From: Macrostomum hystrix
Taxonomy: Eukaryota; Animalia; Platyhelminthes
Length of the DNA stretch: 64,000 nt
Assembly (NCBI GenBank): GCA_950097015.1
Contig: CATNEN010000010.1
Coordinates: 1,674,001 to 1,738,000, forward strand
Reading direction: 5' to 3'
Shown here: positions 11,801 to 23,396 of the stretch, in pieces
Numbering within the stretch: the stretch's first letter is position 1
Layout: each line of letters opens with the position of its first letter
Program-made: the position numbers and the translations under genes
Notes under the pieces: generated by a model
Told to the model about the DNA's origin: nothing
Databases searched by the model: none
The model's input: the letters and a program-made list of their open reading frames with translations, nothing else

Positions 11801-14800
11801 CGAAACAATGTCAGGCAAATTTGTAAGGTCAGTCATTATCTCAACCTTTAACTTCAGCTTGCTTAATGCGCTTTCCGTGTGCTTGTGTTCTATTATTATA
11901 CTAAAAAATTCTTCTTGTTCTTTCCTTCTCCTCAAATGTCTCCTGCTCGGTCATTACACTCTCTTTTTCAAGTCTACTGTTCATTCCCTATCCTTTCATT
12001 ACTCTCTCCACCATAATCTCATGGTTGGTCATTTCCCATAATCCTTTCCTCCAATGCCTGATTGTCGGTCATTACCCAATCCTTCCAATCCTTCCAGTGT
12101 CAGATTGTACTAGTGAGTGTCAGATTGTACTAGTGAGTGTCAGACTACTGCTGCGTGTCAGATTGTACTAGTGAGTGTCAGACTACTGCTGCGTGTCAGA
12201 TTGTACTAGTGAGTGTCAGATTGTACTAGTGAGTGTCAGACTACTGTTGCGTGTCAGATTGTACTAGTGAGTGTCAGATTGTATTAGTGAGTGTCAGATT
12301 GAACTGGTGAGTGTCAGAGTTACCCTATTTTTCAATGTCTCCTGGTCAATACTCTGTCTTCAAGTGTCTCATGCTCGGTTACTACCCTGTCTTCAAGTGT
12401 CTCATGCTCGGTTACTACCCTGTCTTCAAGTGTCTCATGATCGGTTACTACCCTGTCTTCAAGTGTCTCATGCTCGGTTACTACCCTGTCTTCAAGTGTC
12501 TCATGCTCGGTTACTACCCTGTCTTCAAGTGTCTCATGCTCGGTTACTACCCTGTCTTCAAGTGTATAATGCTCGGTCCTATATCATACAACCCTATCAG
12601 AAGTGTTTCCGGTTTAGTCATTACTACTCTTCCCCTATCATGAGGATGGTAATTTAGCCTCGCTGAAGGCCCCGACAGTAGAACATGAGATCAATAGAAA
12701 CTCACTGGCTTGGGCGGCAGCACCAGGTCGGGATTGTTGGCCACGTCGAACACATCCAGGGTCTCCTTCAGGTAATGAATAGCGTCTGGCAGGGTGAGCA
12801 GCCGGTTGCTGGCCAGGTAGAGGCGCCTGAGCTGGCCGCAGCGGCAGAGGCTCTCCGGTATGTTCTCCAGCAGGTTGTTCGCCACATTCAGCACCACCAG
12901 GCGCTCGAGTTTGCCGATGCCCTTCGGCATGCCAGCGAATGTCAGGCGATTGTCGCTGACGTAGAGTTTCCGCAGGTTGGACAGCTTGCACAGCGCGGCA
13001 GGCAGCTGCTCCAGTTTGTTGCCGGACACGTCCAGCACCTCCAGCTGCGGCCAGCTGTTGCTCATGGTGTCCAAAGAATTCAGGCCAGTTCCTTTTTAGA
13101 GTGTGCGAGAGTCTTGTGTGACAGTTTGAGATTCTAGCAGGAGATTTTCGATGCTATGAGATTCTAGCAGGAGATTTTACGATGCTATGAGATTCTAGCA
13201 GGAGATTTTATGATGCTATGAGATTCTAGCAGGAGATTTTATGATGCTATGAGATTCTAGCAGGAGATTTTTTATGATGCTATGAGATTCTAGCAGGATA
13301 TTTTATGATGGTATGAGATTCTAGCAGGAGATTTTATGATGCTATGAGATTCTAGCATGAGATTTTATGATGCTGTGAGATTCTAGCAGGAGATTTTATG
13401 ATGCTATGAGACTCTAGCAGGAGATTTTATGATGCTATGAGATTCTAGCAGGAGATTTTATGATGCTATGAGACTCTAGCAGGAGATTTTATGATGCTAT
13501 GAGATTCTAGCATGAGATTTTCTATAAAGGTTTCAGCCCTTTTATAATGATGAAATACTTTAGCAGTAGATTTTTATGATTATATTAAGCTAATAAGAGA
13601 TTTAGAATAATCATCTACAGTCCTCCGTCTACAGCTGTTGCAAGACTCACCGGCAAGGCTGAGGCGGCGCAGAGACCTGAGCTGGTAGAGTGCTTCCGGC
13701 AGCACTGGCAGGTCGTTGGATGCCAGGTCCAGGTCGACCAAGCGGCCCAGCTTCTCCAGCGACTCGGGAAAATTGGCCAGGGTTCGGCCGGTGTTGGCCA
13801 GATGCAGGGTCTCCAACTGCTTCAGAGCCATGATGGAGCGAAGCTGCGAGAGGCCCATCTCTGGATTGTTGGACAGCACCAGCTTGCGCAGATTGATGCA
13901 GCGGCGAAGCTGGGCGGGAACCTGGGTGGATATTAGCAATAAGACAAGCGCGAATGCTTTGAAAGTTTATATTAAACAGAGAAAAAATCTGAAGATCAGA
14001 TTGATCAGGAATCGGAGAAAACTGAAAAAAAAATTAATTTTCGAACTAGAAATCGTACTAAAAAATATAGAATAGATCCCAAAAAACTAACAAGGAATGG
14101 ACGAAAACCGGTTCTGGAATAGAATCTGACCAAGAAACCAATCAGGAATCTGACCAAGAAACCAATCAGGAATCTGACCAAGAAACCAATCAGGAATCTG
14201 ACCAAGAAACCAATCAGGAATCTGACCAAGAAACCAATCAGGAATCTGACCAAGAAACCAATCAGGAATCTGACCAAGAAACCAATCAGGAATCTGACCA
14301 AGAAACCAATCAGGAATCTGACCAAGAAACCAATCAGGAATCTGACCAAGAAACCAATCAGGAATCTGACCAAGAAACCAATCAGGAATCTGACCAAGAA
14401 ACCAATCAGGAATCTGACCAAGAAACCAATCAGGAATCTGACCAAGAAACTAATCAGGAATTGGGCAAATAAAATTAGTCAACGAATAAAACTGCCGAGA
14501 AAGTAATAGAAAATGCAAACAATAGTTCCATAAATACCCATTAACTCACCTGCTGCAGAGCGTTGTGACTGAGATCTAGGTACATCAGATCCGTACAGTT
14601 CACAAACAATTCCACTGGCACCTGCTCTATCTGGTTGTGGCTCAGGTTGAGCACCATCAGAGAGCGGCTGTGCTCAAGTGCGGTGGGAAACGAGCGCAGA
14701 CGATTGTGACTGAGGTCAACCACCTGCGGAAAATTAATGAGAATTAAGTATAAAAACTGTAAATTATACTTTTATGATAAATATGTTTATACTTTATTAC

Positions 14801-15819
14801 ACCTGCTTTCGGTTGGGCCAAATGTGCAGCCGACAGCACAGCCGCAGCTATTACACAGCGCATCTGAAGGCTGCGTACAGCTGTTCAGTCCATGGACTGG
14901 GGGAACGCCACACCCAACTTCAATTACCCCAGTTGATGCCAGTGGTACCCACTTAAGAGCTGGTTGAACCGAAGCAATGTATAGATTAAGAGTCTTGCTA
15001 AAGGATACAAATTGTTCCAGTGGAGTCGGGAATCGAACCCCCGACCTTCGAATCGTGAGTCCGACCAATCACTCCAACCACTAGGTTGAAACCCGCACGA
15101 ATCGATGACTAAATTATTATGACCTGCAATGACTGTAATATTGAGTTCGGCAGCAATGACTCCAATATTGAGTTCGGCAGCAATGACTCCAATATTGAGT
15201 TTGGCAGCAATGACTCCAATATTGAGTTCAGCAACAATGACTCCAATATTGAGTTCGGCAGCAATGACTCCAATATTGAGTTTGGCAGCAATGACTCCAA
15301 TATTGAGTTCAGCAACAATGACTCCAATATTGAGTTCAGCAACAATGACTCTAATATTGAGTTCAGCAGCAATGACTCTAATATTGAGTCCATCACTCTA
15401 TCGCAGTACACACCCACCTGCATGTCGGCAGTCTGAAAAAGGGTGTCTGGAATGCCCCCAGCCGTGATGGTATTGTGCCTGGCGTGGAGGCTCTTTAGCG
15501 AGGCCACGGTGCACAGCTCGCCATGCAGGTGAGTGAGCAGATTCCTATTCACGGACAGGTGCTCCAGGCGCTGCAGTTTGCCAACACGGTCGGGCACAAC
15601 TCGCAGACCAGCCGAGTTAGCGAACAGCCATTCGAGCCGAACCAGCCGGTCAAGGCCAGCGGGCAGATCGCCGGGCTCAGATTCGCCGTCAGATGCGGCT
15701 TCGCCTACTTCGTCCGAGTTGACGCGTCGGCGCCGGCGCCGGCTCTGCTGACTATCGCTGGCGTTGGTCTCGGACAGGTCGATGCCGCGCACGTAGGGCA
15801 GCACACTGCGCGAGGTCAT
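5832..15819 (-). CDS. FLII: Flightless-I (LRR + gelsolin repeats), 9 exons, about 1300 aa
   Basis: N-terminus [16 protein letters not shown] matches FLII VLPFVRGVDLS; LRRs followed by gelsolin motifs ([31 protein letters not shown]). Exons 15819-15418, 14723-14550, 13921-13651, 13091-12706, 11779-11030, 10039-9728, 8584-8016, 7160-6777, 6486-5832 all have GT-AG ends and sum to 3903 nt in frame. Confidence 0.93.
7280..7850. repeat. Compound intronic repeat: 12-bp GAAGAATCGA(C/T)C run plus a longer ~50-60-bp unit (FLII intron 7)
   Basis: Pure 12-mer run at about 7665-7820 beside GATGACTAAAACACATT(T/C)TACTAGGCAATAG units. Confidence 0.88.
8745..9632. repeat. 23-bp minisatellite (GCATAACCCTAGCTTATGAGCAT)n, FLII intron 6
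   Basis: Direct tandem copies. Confidence 0.94.
10265..10905. repeat. 31-bp minisatellite (TGATGGGATAACACTGGAATAACAGTCAAAC)n, FLII intron 5
   Basis: Direct tandem copies. Confidence 0.94.
12100..12570. repeat. Two adjacent arrays in FLII intron 4: 20/18-bp (GTGTCAGATTGTACTAGTGA) at about 12100-12320 and 33-bp (TGTCTTCAAGTGTCTCATGCTCGGTTACTACCC) at about 12345-12570
   Basis: Direct tandem copies; the 33-bp unit explains the 11-aa periodic ORFs at 12271 and 12311. Confidence 0.9.
13125..13520. repeat. 31-bp minisatellite (GAGATTCTAGCAGGAGATTTTATGATGCTAT)n, FLII intron 3
   Basis: Direct tandem copies. Confidence 0.93.
14120..14460. repeat. 24-bp minisatellite (CCAAGAAACCAATCAGGAATCTGA)n, FLII intron 2
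   Basis: Near-perfect tandem copies; source of the spurious (LVRFLIGF)n ORF. Confidence 0.95.
14793..15087 (-). mobile_element. Apparently full-length tRNA-derived SINE (about 295 bp), FLII intron 1
   Basis: Minus strand: A-box-like TAGTGGTTGGAGTG, B-box GGTTCGATTCC, CORE-like CCTTTAGCAAGACTCTTAA, palindrome CAGTCCATGGACTG, 3' end CAGGTGTAATAAA. Collinear with the copies at 21.0 and 45.9 kb. Confidence 0.78.
15130..15390. repeat. 27-bp minisatellite (AATATTGAGTTCGGCAGCAATGACTCC)n, FLII intron 1
   Basis: Direct tandem copies beginning about 30 nt from the exon 1 donor. Confidence 0.93.
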
Positions 15820-15910
15820 GGCCACTGCGGGGCGAGGGTTGGCGGCTCTTGAGATCACAACCTCGAGCTAGCAAGAGACGCTAGCGTTGGCTTAAGGACA
15901 TGCCTACCCG

Positions 15911-16510
15911 ACTCTACTCATCTACCCCTCTCTTCACTACCCATCTACCCCTCTCTTCACTACCCATCTACCCCTCTCTTCTCAACCCATCTACCCCTCT
16001 CTTCACTACCCATCTACCCCTCTCTTCACTACCCATCTATCCCTCTCTTCTCAACCCATCTACCCCTCTCTTCACTACCCATCTAACCCTCTCTTCACTA
16101 CCCATCTACCCCTCTCTTCACTACCCATCTAACCCTCTCTTCACTACCCATCTAACCCTCTCTTCACTACCCATCTAACCCTCTCTTCACTACCCATCTA
16201 CCCCTCTCTTCACTACCCATCTACCCCTCTCTTCACTACCCATCTACCCCTCTCTTCACTACCCATCTACCCCTCTCTTCTCAACCCATCTATCCCTCTC
16301 TTCACTACCCATCTACCCCTCTCTTCACTACCCATCTATCCCTCTCTTCACTACCCATCTAACCCTCTCTTCACTACCCATCTAACCCTCTCTTCTCAAC
16401 CCATCTAACCCTCTCTTCACTACCCATCTACCCCTCTCTTCACTACCCATCTAACCCTCTCTTCACTACCCATCTATCCCTCTCTTCTCAACCCATCTAC
16501 CCCTGTCTTC
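15911..16510. repeat. 23-bp G-free minisatellite (CTACCCATCTACCCCTCTCTTCA)n between ALKBH3 and FLII
   Basis: Tandem copies; no G seen on the + strand from 15911 to 16504. Confidence 0.92.
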
Positions 16511-16961
16511 TACAGGAATTGAGTTTCCTGTACTTAAAATAAAAAAACAAAGAGTAGCCAAGGTCACTGGGCGCTCTGATAAGTTAATCTGCACTTGAGT
16601 TGCTGCTGTTTGTATTTTACAATAAGACATTGTAGGATTTAGTAATGCAGTTAAGATAAAAAAGTAAAATTTAAATTTAAAATTAATTTACAATATTAAA
16701 AACTAATTCAAATTATCTTGCTACAAAACCGCAAACAGCAAAGCGAGAAGCTTCAAAATGTTGTTTTATTTAAAAAAATTGATTTTGAAAACAACGAAAA
16801 TAGATAAAATAATGGATAGATAATATATTTTACATTAGCTAAAACGGATCTGAATAATATAAGAAACTTAAAAACCGATTATCACAAGAGCAAGCGAGAG
16901 AGAAATGAAAAAATAGTTTAAAGCCAAATAGAGCGAGCAAGCAAAACTCCAAAAACTGCTG

Positions 16962-19900
16962 TCAAATCGCCAGGCCCGCCAGCAGGTTGTCAATGCCCCG
17001 CTGGCGTGGTGTTAGAAACAGGAAAACTGCTGGCGCGTGCGGCTCCGGCCGGCCCGACCGCCCGAGCTGACAGCGCCAGTCGGCGCCGAAGCCGTACAGC
17101 ATGGTGGCCGCGTCACCAGGCCGGAGGAAGACCCGGCCGGATCTGAGGTGGCCGCGAGCAGGACTGCTCAGTTGCTTCTCAATCTCCAGCGGTCGCTGCA
17201 GCACTACCTCGGGATCGCCCATGGCCAGCACTGGAATGAGGCGGAGATCAACTTAGCCTGAGTCTAGGCTCAGAATCTAGAATCAGATTAGAATTTGGGA
17301 TCAGCTGAAGATGAAGGGATTGAGAATTTGGGATCAGCTGACTGGAGATGAATGGATTGGGAAGTAGGGATCAGCTGACTGGAGATGAATGGATTGGGAA
17401 GTAGGGATCAGCTGACTGGAGATGAATGGATTGGGAAGTAGGGATCAGCTGACTGGAGATGAATGGATTGGGAAGTAGGGATCAGCTGACTGGAGATGAA
17501 TGGATTGGGAAGTAGGGATCAGCTGACTGGAGATGAATGGATTGGGAAGTAGGGATCAGCTGACTGGAGATGAATGGATTGGGAAGTAGGGATCAGCTGA
17601 CTGGAGATTAAGGGATTGGGAAGTAGGGATCAGCTGACTGGAGGTGAAGGGATTGAGAATTTGGGATCAGCTGACTGGAGATGAATGGATTGGGAAGTAG
17701 GGATCAGCTGACTGGAGATTAAGGGATTGGGAAGTAGGGATCAGCTGACTGGAGATTAAGGGATTGGGAAGTAGGGATCAGCTGACTGGAGATTAAGGGA
17801 TTGGGAAGTAGGGATCAGCTGAAGATGAAGGGATCGGGAAGAAAAGATCAGATGATGGGAGATGAAGGGACTGAGAAGTAGGGATCAGCTGATTAGAGGT
17901 AAGGGGATTGGGAAGTAGGGATCAGCTGATTAGAGGTAAGGGGACTGGAAAGTAGGGATCAGCTGATTAGAGGTAAGGGGACTGGGAAGTAGGGATCAGC
18001 TGATTAGAGGTAAGGGGACTGGGAAGTAGGGATCAGCTGATTAGAGGTAAGGGGACTGGAAAGTAGGGATCAGCTGATTAGAGGTAAGGGGACTGGGAAG
18101 TAGGGATCGGATTTATAATATGTAAAAGTACAAAGGCGACGGCGAACCTGTGATGAATGTCTCCTCGCCGGTGTCTTCGTCAACCGAGGCGGGTCCGCTG
18201 CGCCACGGCAGGTGCTGGGAGCCATGATTAAAGCGAACGGCTGCAATGTGCTGGTAGGGACCAAATTTCAACCGATCGTTGCCCGTCACCTTGGCCAGAG
18301 CGACGGCGAGGCGGCTAAACGAAGGCGAGATCGACTGGGAAGCGGCGATGCTGAGCTCAGCCAGATCGCAGGAGCCGGCATCGCGCCACTGCAGGCGGTT
18401 CAGGGCCTCCGTGGCCTCGGCGACCAGGTCAGGCCCCGCCTCCGACGCAAGCGGTGATCTGCGCCCGGGTAGAGAGGAAATGACAGAGGGGGAACCTGAA
18501 GTTGATCTCGTACAATAAAATTAATTCTCCTGTCTTGTGGCCCATAGAAGCTTTTATACTTTTTTTAGATGATGGGATCTGAATGACTTAACTACGAACA
18601 TGGGAATCAGATGATGGGATCTGAATGACTTAACTACGAACATGGGAATCAGACGATGGGATCTGAATAACTTAACTACGAACATGGGAATCAGATGATG
18701 GGATCTGAATGACTTAACTACGAACATGGGTATCAGACGATGGGATCTGAATAACTTAACTACGAACATGGGAATCAGATGATGGGATCTGAATAACTTA
18801 ACTACGAACATGGGAATCAGATGATGGGATCTGAATAACTTAACTACGAACATGGGAATCAGATGATGGGATCTGAATAACTTAACTACGAACATGGGAA
18901 TCAGATGATGGGATCTGAATAACTCGATCCCAAGAATTGGAACAATATGATTGGATTTTAATGATTCAATATTTAAAATATGGTATCAAATCGTTTGGAT
19001 ATCAGCAACATGGGCGCTAATCATTGGGATCAGGATAGATCGCAAAGATCAGTGAAACAGTGAGTTCACAGCTCACACTCGCCCACCTATAGCAGCACAG
19101 CTGAGCCGACAGCCTGCCAGGCCTTGAGGACAGCTCAACAACGCGATTTTCATTGCCAACCCCCGGCCTGATCTCCAGCTTCTCAGACGGTTCGTGCTCA
19201 ATCACCCTGAAGGTGAGATTCACCCTGACTGTCTTGTCGTGATACTCGGGTGGCACCGAGTGCAGCCAGTCCTCCTGCAGTGAGCCGCGCATCACCAGCA
19301 GGTCGCCGGACTGCAGCGGCACGGTGACGGGGTCGCCGATCAGCGGCTTGACGGTCTGGACCCGATTGTCACGCCGGCGTAGCAGAAAATTGCGTGTCTC
19401 TCCAAACGATAGCGACGCGATGACCGGATGCCGGCCAAGGCTGGGCTCGTCGTCCGAGTGCCAGCCGATCTTGTCCTTGCCGTCGCGGTACAGATTGCAC
19501 ATCACCGAGTTGAACTCTACGCCCAGCTTGTTGGCTAGGCGGGTCTTCAGCTCGATTAGCACCTGCAGGAGGTCAGGTTGTAACCTTGTGCAAGCAAGGA
19601 GCTTTGGAAATCTGATCGAGAGGTCGGGGGTTCGAGTCTCAGCTCACCCAAATAAGAAATCGGTTGACATTCGGATGGGTCTGGCGGCCTAGGATGACGA
19701 TTGCCTGCGCACAATTGACTGCACGACAACTGCCTGCGGCGACAGGCTCATTTATGACGTTTCCTAGGTGGTAGTGTTAGTTCCTAGGTGGTATTATACC
19801 AACCACTGAAGTACTGAAGTACTTTGACTATTTCCTTTGTTGGTATAATTCACTAGCAACGTCACAGCAGTCAATTGTGCCCAGGCAATCGTTGTAGAAC

Positions 19901-20530
19901 CGGTTCTAGCAGCCCCAACCCCTGTGTATGTTTTCTATTATCTCTCTTAGGCCCTAATTAGGTCACGAGTTCGAATCCGAGCGAATTCAGGCGAATTAAT
20001 TAATCAGAGTTTGTCACCTGTGGCCAAACATCGTCAGTAGCTTCCCATTTCACGTGGCTGTAAGTGTAGGGCCTGCCGTACCAGCAGGTCTGCCTGGGCT
20101 CCGGATAAGGCTTGCCGTCGCGGTCCAGGCCAGTGCGCACCTGCCAAGGCAGCCGCATCAGGTCGGCCAGGATTCGCTGGCTCTCACCGCCGGCCCGGAT
20201 GAAGTTCCGCTCCAGCTGCACCCGGGCTTCGACCTTGCCGGCGCCAACGCTCAGGTCGTAGACACCGTCGGATTCTATCGTGACAGGCTTGCCGAGGAAC
20301 TCGGCCTCACGCGCCAGGTCCTCTTTTACTCTGTTGTCAAAGACGAACTGCCCCTGACCAGCGGCTGTTGATGTCTGTAGCTGCTGCTGCTGTTGCTGTT
20401 GCTGCTCATTCTCAGCGTTGTCTGCATTATTTTTCTGACTGCCTCCGGCGCCCCCAGGCCGCCTGGCCGGTCCGCTGTTCCAACCGGACTGAACTCGGTT
20501 CTGGCGCCGCCTGTCAGATTTGCTGCTCAT
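16962..20530 (-). CDS. ALKBH3: ALKBH3-like 2OG-Fe(II) demethylase with a second degenerate AlkB domain; 4 exons, about 522 aa
   Basis: Exons 20530-20018 and 19562-19087 match ALKBH3 closely (RRRQNRVQSGW, PRQTCWYG.PYTYS, CNLYRDGKDKIGWHSDDEPSLG, DWLHSVPPEYH, RVNLTFR). Exons 18458-18148 and 17230-16962 join in frame via phase-2 and phase-1 GT-AG introns (1569 nt total). Core call is high confidence; the extension is moderate. Confidence 0.85.
17290..18110. repeat. 37-bp minisatellite (GGGATCAGCTGACTGGAGATGAATGGATTGGGAAGTA)n, predicted ALKBH3 intron 3
   Basis: Tandem copies, with a variant block (GATTAGAGGTAAGGGG) at the right end. Confidence 0.93.
18560..18925. repeat. 42-bp minisatellite (CATGGGAATCAGATGATGGGATCTGAATAACTTAACTACGAA)n, predicted ALKBH3 intron 2
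   Basis: Tandem copies; explains the 14-aa periodic ORF. Confidence 0.93.
19697..19892. mobile_element. Hairpin MITE-like element (about 196 bp), ALKBH3 intron 1
   Basis: Terminal inverted repeat ACGATTGCCTG(C/G)GCACAATTGACTGC (25/26 match) plus inner inverted blocks TGACGTT..CTAG and ATTATACCAAC. No clear TSD. Confidence 0.65.
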
Positions 20531-21033
20531 TTGGTGAGACGGAGTTTTTCTTTTCAGTTGAATTGATTCGCCAAATCTGTAGCTTAATTATGGCCGCTTA
20601 ACATCAGTGCTGAAAATGAATCAATTTATTCTAAAACAAGACAACTGGATTAAGCGATGGGTAACAACTGTAGATAATAATAACAACAACAATATAACTG
20701 CTCATTCTATCATACAACTGCTTAAGTGTATCATCTAGAGACATACAACTAAAATATTTTTTCAGCATGCTGTGATCCCAACTCATAGCTCATTCATATT
20801 TATCAATATTGATACTTCTATATTCTATTTTTGTAGCTTTGTAGCAATCACATAGCACCTTTATTAATACTATCACAGTAATAATTTGATCCACCTTTCA
20901 TCTTAAATCTTAATGCAGCCTTGCAATAATCTCATAGTTGGTTAGCAGCTTCAGTTGCAAAGGCCTATTATAGATAGTGCTAACTTGGCAATAATTCAAT
21001 ATTAGCTTAAATAGTGAACTTAGGAGCAGCTTC

Positions 21034-21302
21034 ATAATAATAATAATTGATTACACCTGCGCCAATTAGGCCAGAGGCCACTATGCGCAGCACATCTGAA
21101 GGCTGTGTGCAGCTGTTCAGTCCATGGACTAGGGGGATGCCACACCCACCTTCAATTATCCCAGTTAATGCTGGTACCCATTGAACGGCTGAACAACTAA
21201 AGCAAAGTAGAGTTAAGTGTCTTGCTAAAGAATTGTTCAAGTGGAGTCAAAAATCAAACCCCCGACCTTCAAGGTAAGTCTAACACTCTAACGACAAGGC
21301 TA
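21034..21302 (-). mobile_element. tRNA-derived SINE copy with (TTA)n tail
   Basis: Collinear with 14793-15087; degenerate B-box GGGGTTTGATTT; tail reads CAGGTGTAATCAATTATTATTATTAT on the minus strand. Confidence 0.75.
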
Positions 21303-22288
21303 TAACCTCCCTTAAACAACTTTACAATAATAAAATAACTGTTTATCTATAATAGAATAGCATTTTTGCCTTAATGTCATAGCAGCTTAGCCATAATTAT
21401 ATAGCAGTATAGTAATGATCTCATAGCAGTCTAGCTGTCATATCATATCAACTTTTTACTATTGCAGCTAATTTCTTATCAAATTGTAAGTTTGAAAACA
21501 TAAGAATTTCTTTACATATGAATATGCTACCTTGTCTTTCAACTTAAACTTAGAAACCTAGAGTAAGAAGTTATATAATTAATTTTTCTTAGAACCATTT
21601 TCAATGTCTATTGATATTGTCAAAGGAAGCTATAGAAAAGAACAATGGAATTTTATTAATAGCTAGCTATGAAGATATGTTTATGGAAATCAACATTTAA
21701 ATAAAGCAATCTGCATATATATAAGCTCTAAAGTTATATCCCAATAAAGGTGAATGCTTTAGCTGCTAGTGATTACTTAGAAAACAGATTTTTATTCCTG
21801 TAATAAAAACTATTTCTAGCTACTACTTCATAAATAGCTAGAAAGGTTTTTTACATTTTTACAATAGATTTTAAAATCAACAAAGGGTGTCCATAAAGTA
21901 TTAGGACCTTTTCACATAACTCTTTCCAACAGCTAGCAAGAGTAGGGGCCTAACAACAATAAATTTATATTATAGCTGCTTTATTTACAAATGACACATT
22001 TAAAGAATTTTGAAAATATCACTGTGTTAACTGTTCAAAAGTTATGCTTCCTTAACTACAGTGGGGTACTGCATCTCAATACATGAACAAGAACATGGAA
22101 GCTGCATATGGAGCAACAGGAAACAGAAGGTCAGCTGTCTTTCAGCTATATTTAGTTCTTAGGTATTCATGGCAATGTTCAAGTTGGATAATAGCTTCTT
22201 GTTTATCAAATCTATGATAATGCAGCAAATGATGTTCTCTTTTATTTGGAAATAATCTATAATGTCAGAAATCATGGTAAGGACTAAC

Positions 22289-23396
22289 GGTACCTGGACA
22301 CTTCGTCATCTTACAACTTCGTCATCCAGATGACGATCTGTCCAATATCTCAGAGGGTGGATGACGAAGAGACTTAGACTTGGGGACACTTCGTCATCTA
22401 TAAAACAAAAGTTTTCAAAGTTAGAACAGAACCACCCCTCCCCACCTCCTCACATAGTGTTGGCACCTTTCTTTCAACTCTTATAATGAAATCAGTTTTG
22501 ACACCTCTGCCCCACCACCCCACCCTCACTTTATTGATGACGAACTTAATTGCTTATTTGTGTAGTAGTTGCGATTTATGCCGTATTTTTTTACATTTAA
22601 AGTTTTGTATTTACTAGAAATGCAGCGTTAACGTAGAATTAAATATTTTGTTTAAATGCCGTTTTTGTTAAAATCATGTCCGCCACCCTGAAAGAAACTC
22701 AATATATACGAGCGATTTTAGACATGAAAAACCCAACTGGCGTTTCTCCGCAAGTTCTGGAAAAGCAAGCTGTTCAAGCAAATAAAGTTTTCTTTCCTTT
22801 ATCATTTTAGCTAAAGGCTACAAGCTGGAAAGTGTATGCCATAAGTGAGAATTCGTATTGAAATAAGACATCCAGGTTGGATCAAATTAGACAGAAGGCC
22901 CAGAAGGGATTTAAGTATTGCAGATTTGCAAAGTAAAAAGTGATGAAATAAGGAGTAATTCCGAATAAGAGAGTGATTGTGTGTAAGATTGGACACCCTC
23001 CGATCCACTGGTAGCCCTTTGTTGGGACTGAGTTTAAGAAGACTGTGTGTCAATAATATAATCAGTGCAAATAATATACATACGAGTTATTCATGTTAAT
23101 AAGTTTAAAATAGTGTCTTGCTGCTCCAACACTTGCATGCTATCACAGAGTAAATAACTACTCTAATATAATATTATAAAGTGTTATACTAATTAAGATT
23201 GCTAAAGTTTAAAAGCCCTGTGACCAATTGATAGAATATTAAGAGAGGAGCCCTCCCACATTTGTTATTAGTAGATGAGGAACTGACCAAACTTTAAAGC
23301 ATGCCAATTGGCTGGATGACGAAGTGTCCTACCTTCCAAGTGGATGACAAAGTTGTAAGATGACAAAGTTGTAAGATGACGAAGTGTCTAGGATCC
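22289..23396. mobile_element. Mutator-like non-autonomous DNA transposon, long copy (1108 bp)
   Basis: Imperfect TIR GGTACCTGGACACTTCGTCATCTTACAACTT.. / ..AAGTTGTAAGATGACGAAGTGTCTAGGATCC; 9-bp TSD AGGACTAAC on both sides; second copy at 59225. Superfamily is inferred from TSD length only. Confidence 0.8.

Noticed and set aside
14980-15087. tRNA-like A/B boxes (also near 580, 19620, 19965, 21250)
   Set aside because: No complete cloverleaf, and most continue into a shared SINE body, so they are SINE heads rather than tRNA genes.
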